NCBI GenBank assembly: GCA_951406725.2
Contig: OX597829.1
Coordinates: forward strand, 49,848,001-49,912,000
Origin: Octopus vulgaris
Lineage: Eukaryota
Length of the DNA: 64,000 nt
Direction of reading: 5' to 3'
Positions 25,682-39,358 of the stretch are shown here, piece after piece. A program made the translations under genes and the position numbers. Below the pieces are notes generated by a model that was not told where the DNA came from, searched no databases, and saw only the letters and a program-made list of their open reading frames with translations. Numbering within the stretch: position 1 is the first letter of the stretch; the number at the start of each line of letters is the position of its first letter.

Positions 25682-26324
25682 TTAAGCAGCTGTCCTCGAA
25701 TGCATCACATGACCAAACCAGCACAGTCTTCTCCCTTGCACACAACATCTGATGCCACTTATACAGTTTTCCTCTTAAATCATTCGCACTCAGTTGTGTG
25801 TGTGAACACTGACATTATACATCAAGCAGAGCATGCTGGCTTCATTTCTTTCAAGCATGTGAGATATATATATATATATATAATAGTGGTTTTATCTCTA
25901 ATTTAATATAATATATAATATAATATATTTATACTATAAAATTGGATTTAATCCTAAATCTCATTTTTTCCCTGTAAGTTTGGATTTATTCCCTAATATT
26001 ATTATTATATATACATACATATATACGACAGGCTTCTTTCAGTTTCCGTCTACCAAATCTACTCACTAGGCTTTGGTCGGCCCGAGGTTATAGTAGAAGA
26101 CACTTACCCAAGGTGCCACACAGTGGGACTGAACCCAGAAACGTGGCTGGTAAGCGAGCTACTTACCACACAGCCACTCCTATGCCTATATATAATACAA
26201 AACGTAAGACCAAAGACTTGTGAGTGGGTTTGATAGACAGAAACTGAAAGAAGCCCGTCATGTGTGTATCATCATCATCATCATCATCATCGTTTAGCGT
26301 CCGATGATGATGATGATGATGATG

Positions 26325-26396
<72 letters not shown>

Positions 26397-26405
<9 letters not shown>

Positions 26406-28563
26406 AAACTATTGATTCAGATGATGAAAGTTATGGAGAGGGTCATAGTCCAACTAATTAGGAGGAGAGTTAACCTAGATGAGATGCAGTTTGGTTTTGT
26501 GCCAGGCAGGAGCACCACTGATGCTATATTTCTGGTAAGGCAACTGTGGGAGAAATATCTAACCAAAGAAAAACCTCAGTACTTGGCTTTTGTTGAATTG
26601 GAGAAAGCCTTTGACAGGGTCCTCCTGATCCCTTATCTGGTGGTCAGTGTGGAAACTGGAGATAGACGAGTGGTTGGTAAGAACAGTACAAGCCCTGTAC
26701 AGGGATGCTGTCAGTAAGGTGAGGGTTGGTAATGAGTGCAGGGAAGAATTCTGGGTAGGAGTTGGTGTTCCCCAAGGATCAGTCCTCAGCACTCTCTTTA
26801 TAGTCCTCCAGGCAAAAACAGAGAAATTCAAGACAGGATGCCCCTAGGAGCTCCTCTATGCTAATGACCTACCAGAATTAGAGACAAAGTTCAGGGTGTG
26901 AAAGCAAGGTCTAGAATCGAAGGGCCTTAAGGTTAACCTAGCAAAAACCAGTCTTTGTAAGTAGGGAAGTTCACAAATCATAAATCCCATCAGGTAGATG
27001 GCTCTGCTTGATCTGTAGAAAAGGCATAGGTAGAAACTCCATGACGTGTACCTGGTGCAAGCCATGGACACATAAAAGGTGCAGCAATATCAAATGAAGG
27101 TTAACTAGGAAAATAGTTTTTTGTGTACGGCAGACGCACTGCGGCAATAGACATTGAAGATGTACAGAAAACAGATTCCATCACATGCCAAGGGGGAAAA
27201 AAAAACTAGTAGTTGATAGCTTCTGCTACCTAGGCGACCAAGTATGGAGTGGGGGTGGTTGCTCTGAGAGTGTAGCAACTAGAGTAAGAATAGCCTGGGC
27301 AAAGTTCAGGGAACTCTTACCTCTGCTGGCAACTAAGAGCCTCTCACTCAGGATGAAAGATAGACTGTATGATGCATGTGTGTGAACAGCCATGCTACTT
27401 GGCAGTGAAACACTGGCCATGACTGCTGAGGACATGTGTAGGCTTGAAAGAAATGAAGCTAGTATGATCCACTGGATGTGTAATGTCAGTGTGCATACAC
27501 AACAGAGTGTGAGCACCCTGAGAGAAGTGTTGGACATAAAGAGCATTGGATGTGGTGTGCAAGAGAGACAACTGTACTGGGATGGTCGTGTGTTACATAT
27601 GGATGAGGACAGCTGTGTGAGGAAGTGCCACACCGTAACTGTGGAAGGAACCTGTGGAAGAGATAGACCCTGGAAGACATGGGATGAAGTGGTGAAACAT
27701 GACCTTCGAACATTGGACCTCACAGAGGCAATGACAAGAGACTGAGATCTTTGGAGATATGCTGTGATTGAGAAGACCCAGCAAATAAAGTGAGATCACG
27801 GCCATGGTCAATACCAGTGTTGCATGTCCAGCCCATTTAAGAGTACCTTTGATGTGTCGGGTGATATGGTGGTGAGCTAGCAGAAACATTAGCACATCGG
27901 GCGAAATGCTTAGCAGTATTTCGTCTGCCGTTACATTGTGAGTTCAAATTCCGCCGAGGTCGACTTTACCTTTCATCCTTTCGGGGTCGATAAATTAAGT
28001 ACCAGTTATGCACTGGAGTCGATGTAATCAACTTAATACCAATGTCTGTCCTTGTTTGTCCCCTCTATGTTTAGCCCCTTGTGGGTAATAAAGAATTAGG
28101 TATGCTTGAGAAGACCTGTTGAGTCAAGTAAAACCAAAATTGAAGCTGTGGCCAGTGCCCACTGACTGGCTCCTGTTCCAACGGCACGTAAAATGCATTA
28201 TCCAAATGTGGTCGATGCCAGTATCCACCTGATTGGCTCCCATGATGGTGGCAAGTAAAAAGCACTATCTGAAAGTGATCAATGCCAGAGCTGCCTGACT
28301 GGCTACTGTGCTGGTTGCACATATAAAATCACTATCCGAACATGATTGATGCCAGGCCTGCCTGACTGGCTCCCATGCTGGTGGCATGTAAAAAGTACCC
28401 ACTACACTCTCAGAGTGGTTGGCATTAGGAAGGGCATCCAGCTGTAGAAACTCTGCCAGATCAGATTGGAGCCTGGAGCATCTGCTGGCTCTCCAGACCT
28501 CAGTCAAACCAACTAACCCATGCCAGCATGAAAAATGGATGTTAAACAATGATGATGATGATG
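26397..28563 (+). mobile_element. 5'-truncated RTE-clade LINE (RT pseudogene, 3' UTR, (GAT)n tail) with a nested S1 SINE at ~27870-28099
   Basis: QFGFVPGRSTTDAIF, LAFVELEKAFDRV, GVPQGSVLS, LLYANDL, FCYLGD, GRDRPWKTWDEVVKHDL; many stops and frameshifts. Confidence 0.93.
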
Positions 28564-29152
28564 ATATATAAATAGATAGATAAATAGATAGACATAAAAT
28601 ACATCAAGTACAAGACATCACTAAAGTCACGTAGACATACAACCGATAAGTAAAGGACAAATTACCAAAAAATATACAATAAGAACAAGACATCACTAAA
28701 GAGTGAAAAATATGTAAACACATAATGAGAAGCAAGTATGGGACAAAATACCACAAGAATTCTAACCCCTCCTTAGTTGTCGACTGTTTTACTACTCCCT
28801 ATTTCAAGCTTTCAATGACAATATAGGAAAACTTCCTGAGACAGCAGCTTCCAGAAATGTTAAAGATATAAAATTTGTGGAGAGTTAGAGCTTTGAACAA
28901 ACAACGACAGATTTATGTGTGTCTTTGTATCTGTGTCCGACCCCAACACCACCAACACCACCATCGCTTGACAATCGATGTTGGTGTGTTTATGTCCCCG
29001 TAAATTAGCGGTTCGACAAAAGAGCCTGATGGTAAAAGCCTGGAGTCGATATTTTCGACTAAAAAAAGGCACTGCTCCAGCATGGTTGCAGTCAAATGAC
29101 TGAAACAAATAAAAGAATAAAAGAATATATACACACATACATATATATATAT

Positions 29153-29211
<59 letters not shown>

Positions 29212-30924
29212 AAGTGAAATATGTGTGTGTGTGTGTGTGACTACTTATTAGACGAAAGATATATTTATATATTATGTAACAAAGGCACAGGACCTCGAAT
29301 TTGGGTCACTGTGTGGTTGATTAAATCGATCTCATAACGATTACTTTATTTTATCGATTTCAGATGGACAAAAGCCGAGGTCGTCTTTGACAACATTACA
29401 AATCATATTGTAAAAGACAGCATCAAAGTAGTTTTTCTGTTTTAAGTCCTAAAATCTCTCTAAATTTATATCTTTAGCGATTTAGGCTCAAGCTAGTTAT
29501 GTCCCTTGTTTCCTTAACTCACGAATTACAAATAAAGTTTCTTTTAAAGTTTTGCAATAATAAGATACTTAAAAGAAAATTAAACTTTCTTATGACACCA
29601 TTAATTACTCAAGTTATTGCAAAATTATAATTAAAAAAATCTAAGATGTGGTAATAAATATCGTACATTTTAAAACTTTTTTAAGCTACAAAATCCGTTT
29701 TTTTTTAAATTTTCTTTCAAGGATATTGTAAATTTCTTTATTGAACATTTTTCTTTCAGTGAAACTCTCAAAATATCTGCCTCTGTTCTTATTTCATATT
29801 CTCTTAATAATTCTTTTAAAACATAATAATAATAATAATAATAAGGCAGGGTTTGTTTTATTCGATTGGACACTAAAATTGAAGACCTTGAGATATTCTA
29901 AAAAATTACAGTAATTAACAAATTAACTCCCTTGGGTTAGAAGTGCCCTGCATCGGATAGCGAGACTGTAGTTGGGGAGTTCCGGGGTTTAGGAGAATGT
30001 GGAACCACTTCTTAGCCACCACTATTGTTCCCACATCTATTCTGATCCGGAGAAGCAGTACCTGTCAGGTTCAGAGCTATGAATTGTTAATTAATTCATG
30101 TAATCATCTGGGCCAGGGTACGTTAAAATCATGGGATGAAGCAGGACGGGTATGAAATCTTTCAGTGACATGAATTTTATTGAGTCAATGACGAATATCA
30201 CTTCATGTTAAGCCAATGAACAGACAATGAACTGTCAATGGCCAAGATCAACCAACAAGTACAGTTAACGAACTACTGCTATCATCTATAGTAGTGACAT
30301 ACTCATACTGCTGTGGTTAGAATGTTCCAATATAGGTTGTAACTAACTCCCCTATCATTGAGTTCCCATATATAGTTGCTTAATGCCATTGAATTCTTCC
30401 TATTTCAGCTAACAAAAGACTCATAGGACTGAAACCGAGGCCAGACGTTCATACTTCGTCGCTCGATCTCAGACATCTGGCGTAAAACTGTCGCATTGGT
30501 CCGGGCAAGGTGCCCCGCCTGGGTGGAGGTTAGAAAGATCTCCATTATACAAAAATATGCCAGAATATAATTTTGATATTTTATTTAATTGAGTATGTTT
30601 TTATATATTTTAGTTTATTATAACAATAGGCGAATTATTTTATTAGAAATATTTACATATTCAATCGTCTGTCATCGACGTATGCACAAAGAAGTTGTCA
30701 TTCATAAGCACAATACGGTGTCGATAGAAATAATGTTCCCACCAGTAAAAGTTGTATTTCTAACGCAAGGGAGACTATACTGTTCAGTACTTCGGCACAT
30801 TCTTCTTTATTGTACTAATTCCTCAAGAGGAGGTAGCAATGTTAAGATAGATTAAAGCGGCCTCCTCCCAGAACCGTTAGCACGCCGGACAAAATAGACA
30901 GACAGACAGATAGATATATAGACA

Positions 30925-31236
30925 AAGTAATATATATTGGTAAAAACGGTAAGATAAAAGAAAGAAAGAGACCTCAATATTATGTAAATAGAGGAAATTT
31001 ATCTATAAAATAATATGTGATAATTATTCAATAGTCAAGATAAAACTCTGAGTTTCAGATGCCGAAGTGGAAATTCACAACACTATCTCTTCGGTTATGT
31101 GGCCATCTGAAAAACGCTATGTAAACGTTTTTCAGATGGCCAGATAACCGAAGAGATGGTGTTGTGGATTTCCCTCTCGGCATCTGAAACTCAGAGTTTT
31201 ATCTTGACTATTGAATAATTGTCACATATTATTTTA
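30925..31236. mobile_element. Inverted Penelope-like pLTR pair (111-bp arms, 9-nt loop), family E, with hammerhead-like motif
   Basis: 31006-31116 is the reverse complement of 31126-31236; GATAA-CCGAAGA-GATG..CATC-T-GAAA-CTCAGAG-TT-TTATC at 31143-31203. Confidence 0.75.
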
Positions 31237-31237
31237 C

Positions 31238-31299
<62 letters not shown>

Positions 31300-31608
31300 T
31301 GCCCATAGCGTACACTGGGTACATCTTTTGGAGTTTCTACCTACGCTTTTTCGATCTGTAGAAAAGGCGTAAGTAGAAACTCCATAAGATGTACATCTTG
31401 TCTGTCTTTACGCTCTGAGTTCAAATTCCGCCGAGGTCGATAAAATAAGTACCAGTTGAACAACGGCGCCGATTAATCGGCTTACGCCACCCTATCAAAA
31501 TTACTGGCCTTGTGCCAAAATGTGAAACCAATATTAAGGTAGATTAACCAAGCATGAAACTAATTCTTAGGACAATAGTTGGCATTGTAGATGATCTTAA
31601 TCTTTATT

Positions 31609-32066
31609 GACCTTGACCGACCAGTCCGTCGGGCGTCCATTTGACACCACTGGTCACAGCATGCTGTCCACTCCTCTCTGGATCGCGCCTTTCTCATTCA
31701 CGTGATCCCAATCGTCCTCCTGAAAACGTAACTCCACCGTCATGGAGGCCTTCCTGATGGTCGTTTCCACTCGTGCAGATACCACTCAACAGTTGCGCAG
31801 GTCCACCGATTATTGGTGAGCCGGGCGTGCTACTGGTAACATGTAATCCAGTACGACTTGTTGCATGCTCGGGTCATTGGCAACTAAACTGACAACCCCA
31901 CAAGGCTCGCTTGGTGAGGAGGGTGCTGTTGGACACCCTGTGGGATGAAAAATAAGACCCATCAAAAGGGCAGATGAACTCCTGAACAGTCAACAGCCAT
32001 CCAACAAAATACCGGCCTGCCAGCCCAGCCAGTGGGATGGTGTCATCTTATGGCTAAAACAGCACA
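31609..32066 (-). mobile_element. RTE-clade LINE 3' end (second RTE family) joined to an unrelated-looking segment
   Basis: HARLTNNRWTCATVEWYLHEWKRPSGRPP*RW on the minus strand; TSD AATCTTTATT at 31599-31608 / 32067-32076. Confidence 0.75.
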
Positions 32067-33884
32067 AATCTTTATTATAAACCTAAAAGAAAATACTTAA
32101 CATCTAAGAGTGTTGGACCATTTTTTTTTTCTGTTATGATTTAGTCCCAATCAAGGATTGAGGTCACAGTAGTGTAAGAGACTATAAAAAACAGAAAACA
32201 TGGGGCCTAAAGGTTCAATAAATATCAATTGATATAAAGTTTAAAGAACTGAATTTCATGGATCAGAAGAAAGCAAAACAATAGTGGTGATGGAAATCTT
32301 CATCATCATCATTTAATGTCCATTGTCCATGCTATCATGGATTGGATGGTTTGACTGGGCTGGTAAGCTAGAAGGCTGCACTAGACTCCAATCTGATTTG
32401 GCATGGTTTTCTATGGTTGGATGCCTTTCCTAATGCCAACCACTCCGAAAGTGTAATGGGTGTTTTTATGTGCCACAGGCATGATTGCCATTTGTATGAC
32501 ACTGGTATCTGCCATGACTGATTTTGCTTGGTTTGAAGGGTCTTCTTCTCAAGCATGACAAAATGCCAAAGGTCTCAGTCATTGCTTCCGTGAGGCCCAA
32601 CACTCGAAAGAAACTCAGCCACCTCGAAATACATCAACCATGACTACAATTTCACACTTGACTTGACAGATCTTCTCAAGCATGAATCACTATGCAAAAA
32701 GGGTGTTTTTTACATGCCACAGGCGTGGGTGCCAGTTACACGACACTGTGGGGCCCAACATTTACCGTGAAGCTCAACATTCAAAGATCATGTTTCTTCC
32801 TGGGTCTACCACTACCACAGGTTCTCCTTCATAGTTAGGCCCGCACACAATACTTACAGAAAAGACACAACATAAATACATTTTAGAGTAATGAGCCAGA
32901 AACTTCAACCACCATGCTAACAACTCAATTCTGATTTTGATTAAGCAAGTTAGGAAGTGTGGAGGCACATGGCTTAGTGATTAGGATATTGGACTCATGA
33001 TCGCAAGATTATGTTTTCAATTCCTACACCGGTCAACGTGTAGGGTTCTTGAGCAAAACACTTCCGTTCATGTTGCCCCAGTCCATTCTGCTGGCAAAAA
33101 GGAGTAATCCTGCATTGGACTAGCATCCTGTCCACATAGGGAATTTGTGTGCCATGGAAACTGGGAAACCAGCTTTTATGAGTCAGCATGACTTGAGAAG
33201 GTAACTTCAAGTTAGGAGGTTTATTATTATAGTCACCTCAGTCAGGGCCATCAGATATTTTCAGAGGTTGCGCATCTAGAAATGCAATTCTTATCGTTGA
33301 GTAAATTTCCTCAGAATGTGGCAGTAATTTCTGTACTGAATAAGATTTGAGGATGCCAATGAAATTTGTCTTTTGTCACATGAAAAATTTATTCTCATTT
33401 TTCATGCCATTTTTGCCAGATTGTTTTCCTTAATGTCAATTTTAAAGTTGGTAAACATAAGGCCAGTTCCCCGGTATCTTTGGCATATAGGTTCCCCACC
33501 TGGACAGGACACCGGTCCATCACAGGTGAGCTGCAAGATGCAGGAGGAAAGAGTGAGAGAAAATTGTGGCGAAAGAGTCAGCAGAAGTTTGCCATTAGCG
33601 TCTGCTGGAGCTACATGGAGCTTAGGTGTTTAGCTCATAAACACACACCTCGCCCGGTCTGAGATTCAAACCTGCGAGTCTGCTGCTCTAACCACTAGGC
33701 CATGTGCCTCCACAAGGCTGTTAATATTATGCAATAAAATGCATTGTATACAAGATGGATACTTCAAGCAGATCCATCTGGCAGGAAACCAAGGGGTAGA
33801 CCAAAAATGAGATGGTTGGATAATAAAAAGGTTCTGTCTGTAGAAGGGTATCATATCTCTTCTCAAAGATCTAAGAAATTCAAG

Positions 33885-34625
33885 AACTAGTGATCAGCAC
33901 AGAAATCATGACTGTTTTTCGGGATGACAAGGGTATCATACACTTTGGTTTTTCTGAAATGCACCTATGCTGTGATCAGTGAGTGGTCAGTACATCGAAA
34001 CACTGAAAAATGCTTAGAGAATCCATAAGGAGGAAAAAACTTTCCTGAAATATTACAGAAGCATTAAACAACTTGTGTTAGGAAGTGTGTGTGTGTGTTT
34101 TTAATCCACAGAAATAAGGGAAAATATTTAAAATGTAGTTCAGGAATTTGAATGAAACATTTAAAACATCATTTCATTCCTCTTCCTTACAACAAATAAA
34201 TATCTAAAAAGAGCTCATGAACAAAATGGAATAGGCTTTGCCCCAGAGGATGTTGAAGGAGATGTGCTGGAACAACCACTGACTCACAGGGCTTGCACTT
34301 GCCGACAGCTAAGCAAAAATCTAAGAATGTTTCATATTCACCATATGAATGCGATCCACGCATTCTCTTTGGCCACAAATCACATGATGGGCAGATTGTG
34401 ATGGTCACTGGTTTCCTCCTCCAACACACAGCCCAGGTCTAGTGCCTTCTGACTTCCATCTGTTTGGTCCCAATGAAAGATGGCCTTCAGAGACAATGAT
34501 TTGATGGCACAGGTGGGGTCAAAATGGCTGTGAAGACGTGGGTTCTGCAGTGCACACATGAACTTCTTCAAAGAGGATTTGAGAGTTGTTAAGTCCAACA
34601 ATGGCACAAATCCATCACTTGTGAA
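33885..34625 (+). mobile_element. Highly decayed mariner transposase fragments
   Basis: MTVFRDDKGIIHF; HSPGLVPSDFHLFGPMKDGL. Confidence 0.7.
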
Positions 34626-35299
34626 CTTTTATCTTTTAACTTGATTCAGTCATTAGACTGTGACCATTCTGGGGCACCACCTTGAAGAATTTTTTGGTTA
34701 AATGAATCAACCCCAGTACTTGCATATTTTTTAAAGCCTGTTACTTATTCTATCAGTCTCTTTTACTGAACTGCTAAGTTATGGGGGTTGTAAATAAACC
34801 AACACCAGTTGTCAGGCAGTGGTGGAGGATAAACACAAAGACAGACGAAAATACATAGATATATACATATAAATATACATGTATATATTTATTCTTTTAC
34901 TTGTTTCAGTCATTTGACTGTGGCCATGCTGGAGCACCACCTTTACTTGAACAAATCAACCCTAGTACTTATTCTATCAGTCCCTTTTTTCCAAACCATT
35001 AATTGAAAGAGACATAAACATACCAGCCACTCCTGCAGACTTTTTTGAGAAGTATCTTTGGACAGACTTGTACAATTTGAATTACCTGCCATCATCACCA
35101 TCATCATCATCATCATCATTTAGTATCTGCTTTCCCTGCTGGCATGGGCTAGATGGTCTAAGAGAAACCGATAAGCTACAGGGCTACACCAGGCTCCAAT
35201 GTGATTTTGGCTTGGTTTCTAGGGCTGAATGCCTTTCCTAATGCCAACCACTCCAAGAGTGTAATGGGTACTTTTTGCATACCACCCGCATGGGTACTA

Positions 35300-36882
35300 G
35301 TTACAGGCTCTACCACTACCACAGGTTCTCCTTCATAGTTAGAGATTGGCACTTTTTTACACAGCTGTCCTCGTCCATATGCATCACATAACCATACCAG
35401 GCACTTCATTTCTTACAAGCCCATGCATGTCCTCAGCAGTCACAGCCCATGTTTCACTGCCATGTAGCATGGCTATTTACACACAGGCATCATACGATCT
35501 GCCTTTCACTCTGAGGGAGAAGCCCTTAGATGCCAACAGACAGGAGCTCTCTGAACTTTGCCCAGCCTACTCTAATTCTAGCAGCTATGCTCGTGGAGTA
35601 TTCACCCCTGCTACTGACTTGGTCACCTAGGTGATGGAAACTATCGACTACTTCTAATTCCTCCCCACTCCACCCCATTTATTGTACTTTTGTTTAGTAC
35701 TTATTGTACTTGTTAACTATTTTCCCTTTTAACTTTCCTTTGATATTGCTGCACCTCTTATGCATCCATAGCTTACACCAGGTACCTCTTATGGAGTTTC
35801 TGCTTACACCTTTTCTACAAATTGAGCAAGGCCATCTACCTGAAGGCACTTGTGATCTGTCTGTTTTCCTACTTAATAAGATTTTGTTTTTTGCTAGATA
35901 TATATATAGCCAGCAAAATTCAAGGAGCTCCTACCTCTTCTGGCAACTAAGGGCCTCTCACTCAGGGTGCATGTGTGCAAACTGGCATGCTACATGGCAG
36001 GGAGACATGGGCCATGACTGCAGAGGACATGCGTAGACTTGAAAGAAATGAAGCTAGCATGATCCGCTGGATGTGTAGTGTCAGTGTGCACGCATGACAG
36101 AGTGTAAGCACCCTGAGAGAAATGCTGGACATAAGAAGCATCAAATGTGATGTGCAAGAGGGGCACTGTTATGGCCATGTGTTACGTATGAATGAAGACA
36201 GCTGTGTGATGAAGTGCCACCCATTAACTGTAGATGGAACCTGTGGAAGAGGTAGACCCAGGAAGACATGGGATGAGGTGGTGAAGCATGACCTTCGAAC
36301 ACTGGGCCTCACAGAGACAATTACAGGAAACTGGGACCTTTGGAGATATGATGTGATTGAGAAGACCCAGCAACTAAAGTGAGATCTCTGTCACGTCCGT
36401 CCAGACATGTTAGGAATACTCCTGTTGTGTTGGGCAATATGATATGCTTGAAAAGACCTGTTGAGTCAAGTAAAATGAATATCGTAGCTGGAGTCAGTGC
36501 TTCGTGACTGACTCCCATGCCAAAGGCACGTAAAAAGCATCATCCAAACATGGTCGATGTCAGGTCTGCCTCACTGGCTCCGGTGCTGATGGCACATAAA
36601 ATGCATTAACCAATCATGACCGATGCCAATACCCCGTGACTGGCTCCTGTGCCAGTGTCATGTAAAAAGTACCATTCGAATGTGATCATTGCCAGGCCCA
36701 CCTTACAGGCTCCTATGCCAGTGGCACGTAAAATGCACCCACTATACTCTCAGAGTGGTTGGCATTAGGAAGGGCATACTGCTGTAGAGCCTTGTGCAGC
36801 CGTTAGCTCTCCAGACCTCAGTCAAACCGTCCAACCCATGCCAGCATGGAAAACGGACGTTAATTGATGATGATGATGATGA
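35300..36882. mobile_element. Rearranged RTE LINE fragments (minus 35300-35890, plus 35910-36882 with 3' UTR)
   Basis: GHVLRMNEDSCV...GRGRPRKTWDEVVKHDLRTLGLTE; inverted RT pieces upstream. Confidence 0.85.
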
Positions 36883-36886
36883 CATA

Positions 36887-37105
36887 TGAGGGGTGCTGAA
36901 AAGTACTTGGTTTTGGGTATAAGAAAATACAGAAGGATCTGTTAATTATGATTTTTAATCGACATATTCCCCTCTCAGATTCACACACTTATAGCAGTGT
37001 TCCTTCAGTTTTTCTAAGCCCTGTGAAAAAGAACTCAGAAAGTTGGGTCTCCAACCAGGTCTTTCACGATACCCTTAAAACCAGGAACTTTTCAGCACCC
37101 CCTCA
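36887..37105. mobile_element. Mariner-type MITE
   Basis: TA-flanked TIRs TGAGGGGTGCTGAAAAGT / ACTTTTCAGCACCCCCTCA. Confidence 0.85.
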
Positions 37106-37784
37106 TATATATGTGTGTGTGTATGTGTGTGTATGTGTTTGTGAGTGTGTGTGCGTGTGTAAATATGATTTTATTCAACACTTATTGCAGCAGTCTTTCA
37201 GTTTTTCTAAGCCCTATAAAAGAACTCAGACAGTTGGGCCCCCAGCAAGGCCTTTTTTGATACTCTTAAAGCTTTTCAACTCCGTCTCATAGAATAGTCC
37301 TACACACACTCCATGCCTACACAAATATTCCAAAGAATCTAAACAAAACACACACAAATGAACACACAGGTACCTTTGTGACCTTTGGGTACCCATCCAT
37401 CCATCACCACCAAAACCCCACCCCCACTCCCTGAAAACGCTACACATGAAAAACCACTGTGCACATTCCAGCTCCACATGTACACCAACCACAAAGCATA
37501 AGCACATTTCCCATACACACATTTCCAGAAAACTCATAGAACTGGGGGCTTTTTGGGGTGTGTGTGTGCCAAGGGACATAACTCTTAACTTAACTCTTAC
37601 TCGGTCTGTTCCATTGCCTTTTTTGCTGCAACCATCAACTGCCCCTTTTAATACAAATCACCAAGAAATGGATCGATTTATTCACAATGAAGGACGAATA
37701 ACAATCTGTAAGAAGAGGTGTGGGCAAGACGTATATGGAAACCATAGATATGTGTATAGTCAGGCTATTGGAAGTGCATAAAGG

Positions 37785-38640
37785 ACGGGGAGCTGGCAGA
37801 AAGGTTAGCAAGCCGGGCGAAATGCTTTGTGGTATTTCGTCTGTCGCTACGTTCTGGGTTCAAATTCCGCCGAGGTCGACTTTGCCTTTCATGCTTTCGG
37901 GGTCGATAAATAAAGTACCAGTTACGCACTGGGGGTTGATGTAATCGACTTAATCTGTTTGTCCCCTCTATGTTTAGCCCCTTGTGGGCAATAAAGAAAT
38001 TTATTGAAAGTGCATAAGGAGATTGCATATGAGAGACAAATACCTAAGATAGAATAATCATTTCTAAAATAAGCGCAAGGCCTGGAATTTGCAGGGAGTG
38101 GGTCGATTTATCACATCGACCCCAGCACTTGACTGGTGCTTAATTTATCGAAAAGATGAAAGGCAATGCTGACCTCAGCGGAGTTTCTTTTCTACTCTAG
38201 GCACAAAGCCCCAAATTTTTTGTGGGGCTGGGGCCAGTCGAATAGATCGACCACAGTGCGCAACTGCTACTTAATTTATTGACCCCCGAAAGGATGAAAG
38301 GCAAAGTCGACCTCAGGAATTTGAACTCAGAATTAGCGAAGGGTGAAATACCTATTTCTTTACTACCCACAAGGGGCTAAACACAGAGAGGACAAACAAA
38401 GACAGACAAACTGATTAAGTCGATTATATCGACCCCAATGCATAACTGGTACTTAATTTATCGACCCCAAAAGGATGAAAGGCAAAGTCGACCTCGGCAG
38501 AATTTGAACTCACAACGTAACGGCAGCCGAAATACCGCTAAGCATTTCGCCCGACGTGCTAACGTTTCTGCCAACTCGCCGGTGAAATATCATTAAGCAT
38601 TTTGTCCAGTGTGCTAACAATTCTGCCAGCACACCACCTT
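37785..38640. mobile_element. Cluster of S1 SINEs (one plus, several nested minus)
   Basis: Repeated GTCGACTTTGCCTTTCATCCTTTCGGGGTCGATAAA core. Confidence 0.85.
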
Positions 38641-39204
38641 TCCTTAAGATAGAATGATAAGGTGCTGAAAAGATAGTCATCATCATCATCATCATTGTCG
38701 TTTAATGTCCGCTTTCCATGCTGGCATGGGTTGGACGATTTGACTGAGGACTGGCGAACCAGATGGCTGCATCAGGCTCCAATCTTGATCTGGCAGAGTT
38801 TCTACTGCTGGATGCCCTTCCTAACGCCAACCACTGCGAGAGTCTAGTGAAATAAAAATATAATGAAATAAAAATATAAAAATAATGCAAGATGGGGAAA
38901 AGGTGGAATGAGATGATATTAAGCAAAATTTGGGATTATTAAGAATAAGAAAGGAAAGGAATGAAATTAGTTAAATGCGGAGAGAGAAAATAGTGAAAGT
39001 ATATATTAATGACTTGTAGGGACATGGTATTTCGTTATGCAACCATAATATTCTACAAATTATATTAAGCATTTAAATAAGTCAATACCATGTTCTTCTG
39101 TGTTAGCGGTGCGCTTTACATTACTTGTTATGGTTATCTCTATGGATAGTCAATAGAAATTATAACCTGCACTGAGATGAAACATCGTAACAAAAATCAG
39201 TGCT

Positions 39205-39326
39205 TACATTATTTACTTTATTTACATTCGACGGATATTTGTCCTCATCTTCCTTGTTGTTAACACAACATTTCGGCTGATATACCCTCCAGCCTTCTTC
39301 AGGTGTCTTTTTTGACGTTATTATTA

Positions 39327-39358
<32 letters not shown>

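Noticed and set aside
28740-28830. Possible degenerate hammerhead
   Set aside because: Core reads CTAAGGA and no matching GAAA or stems could be assigned
29900-30560. Promoter or CpG-island-like region with CCAAT motifs
   Set aside because: Partly SINE/LINE-like sequence with no linked gene; motifs too short to be significant
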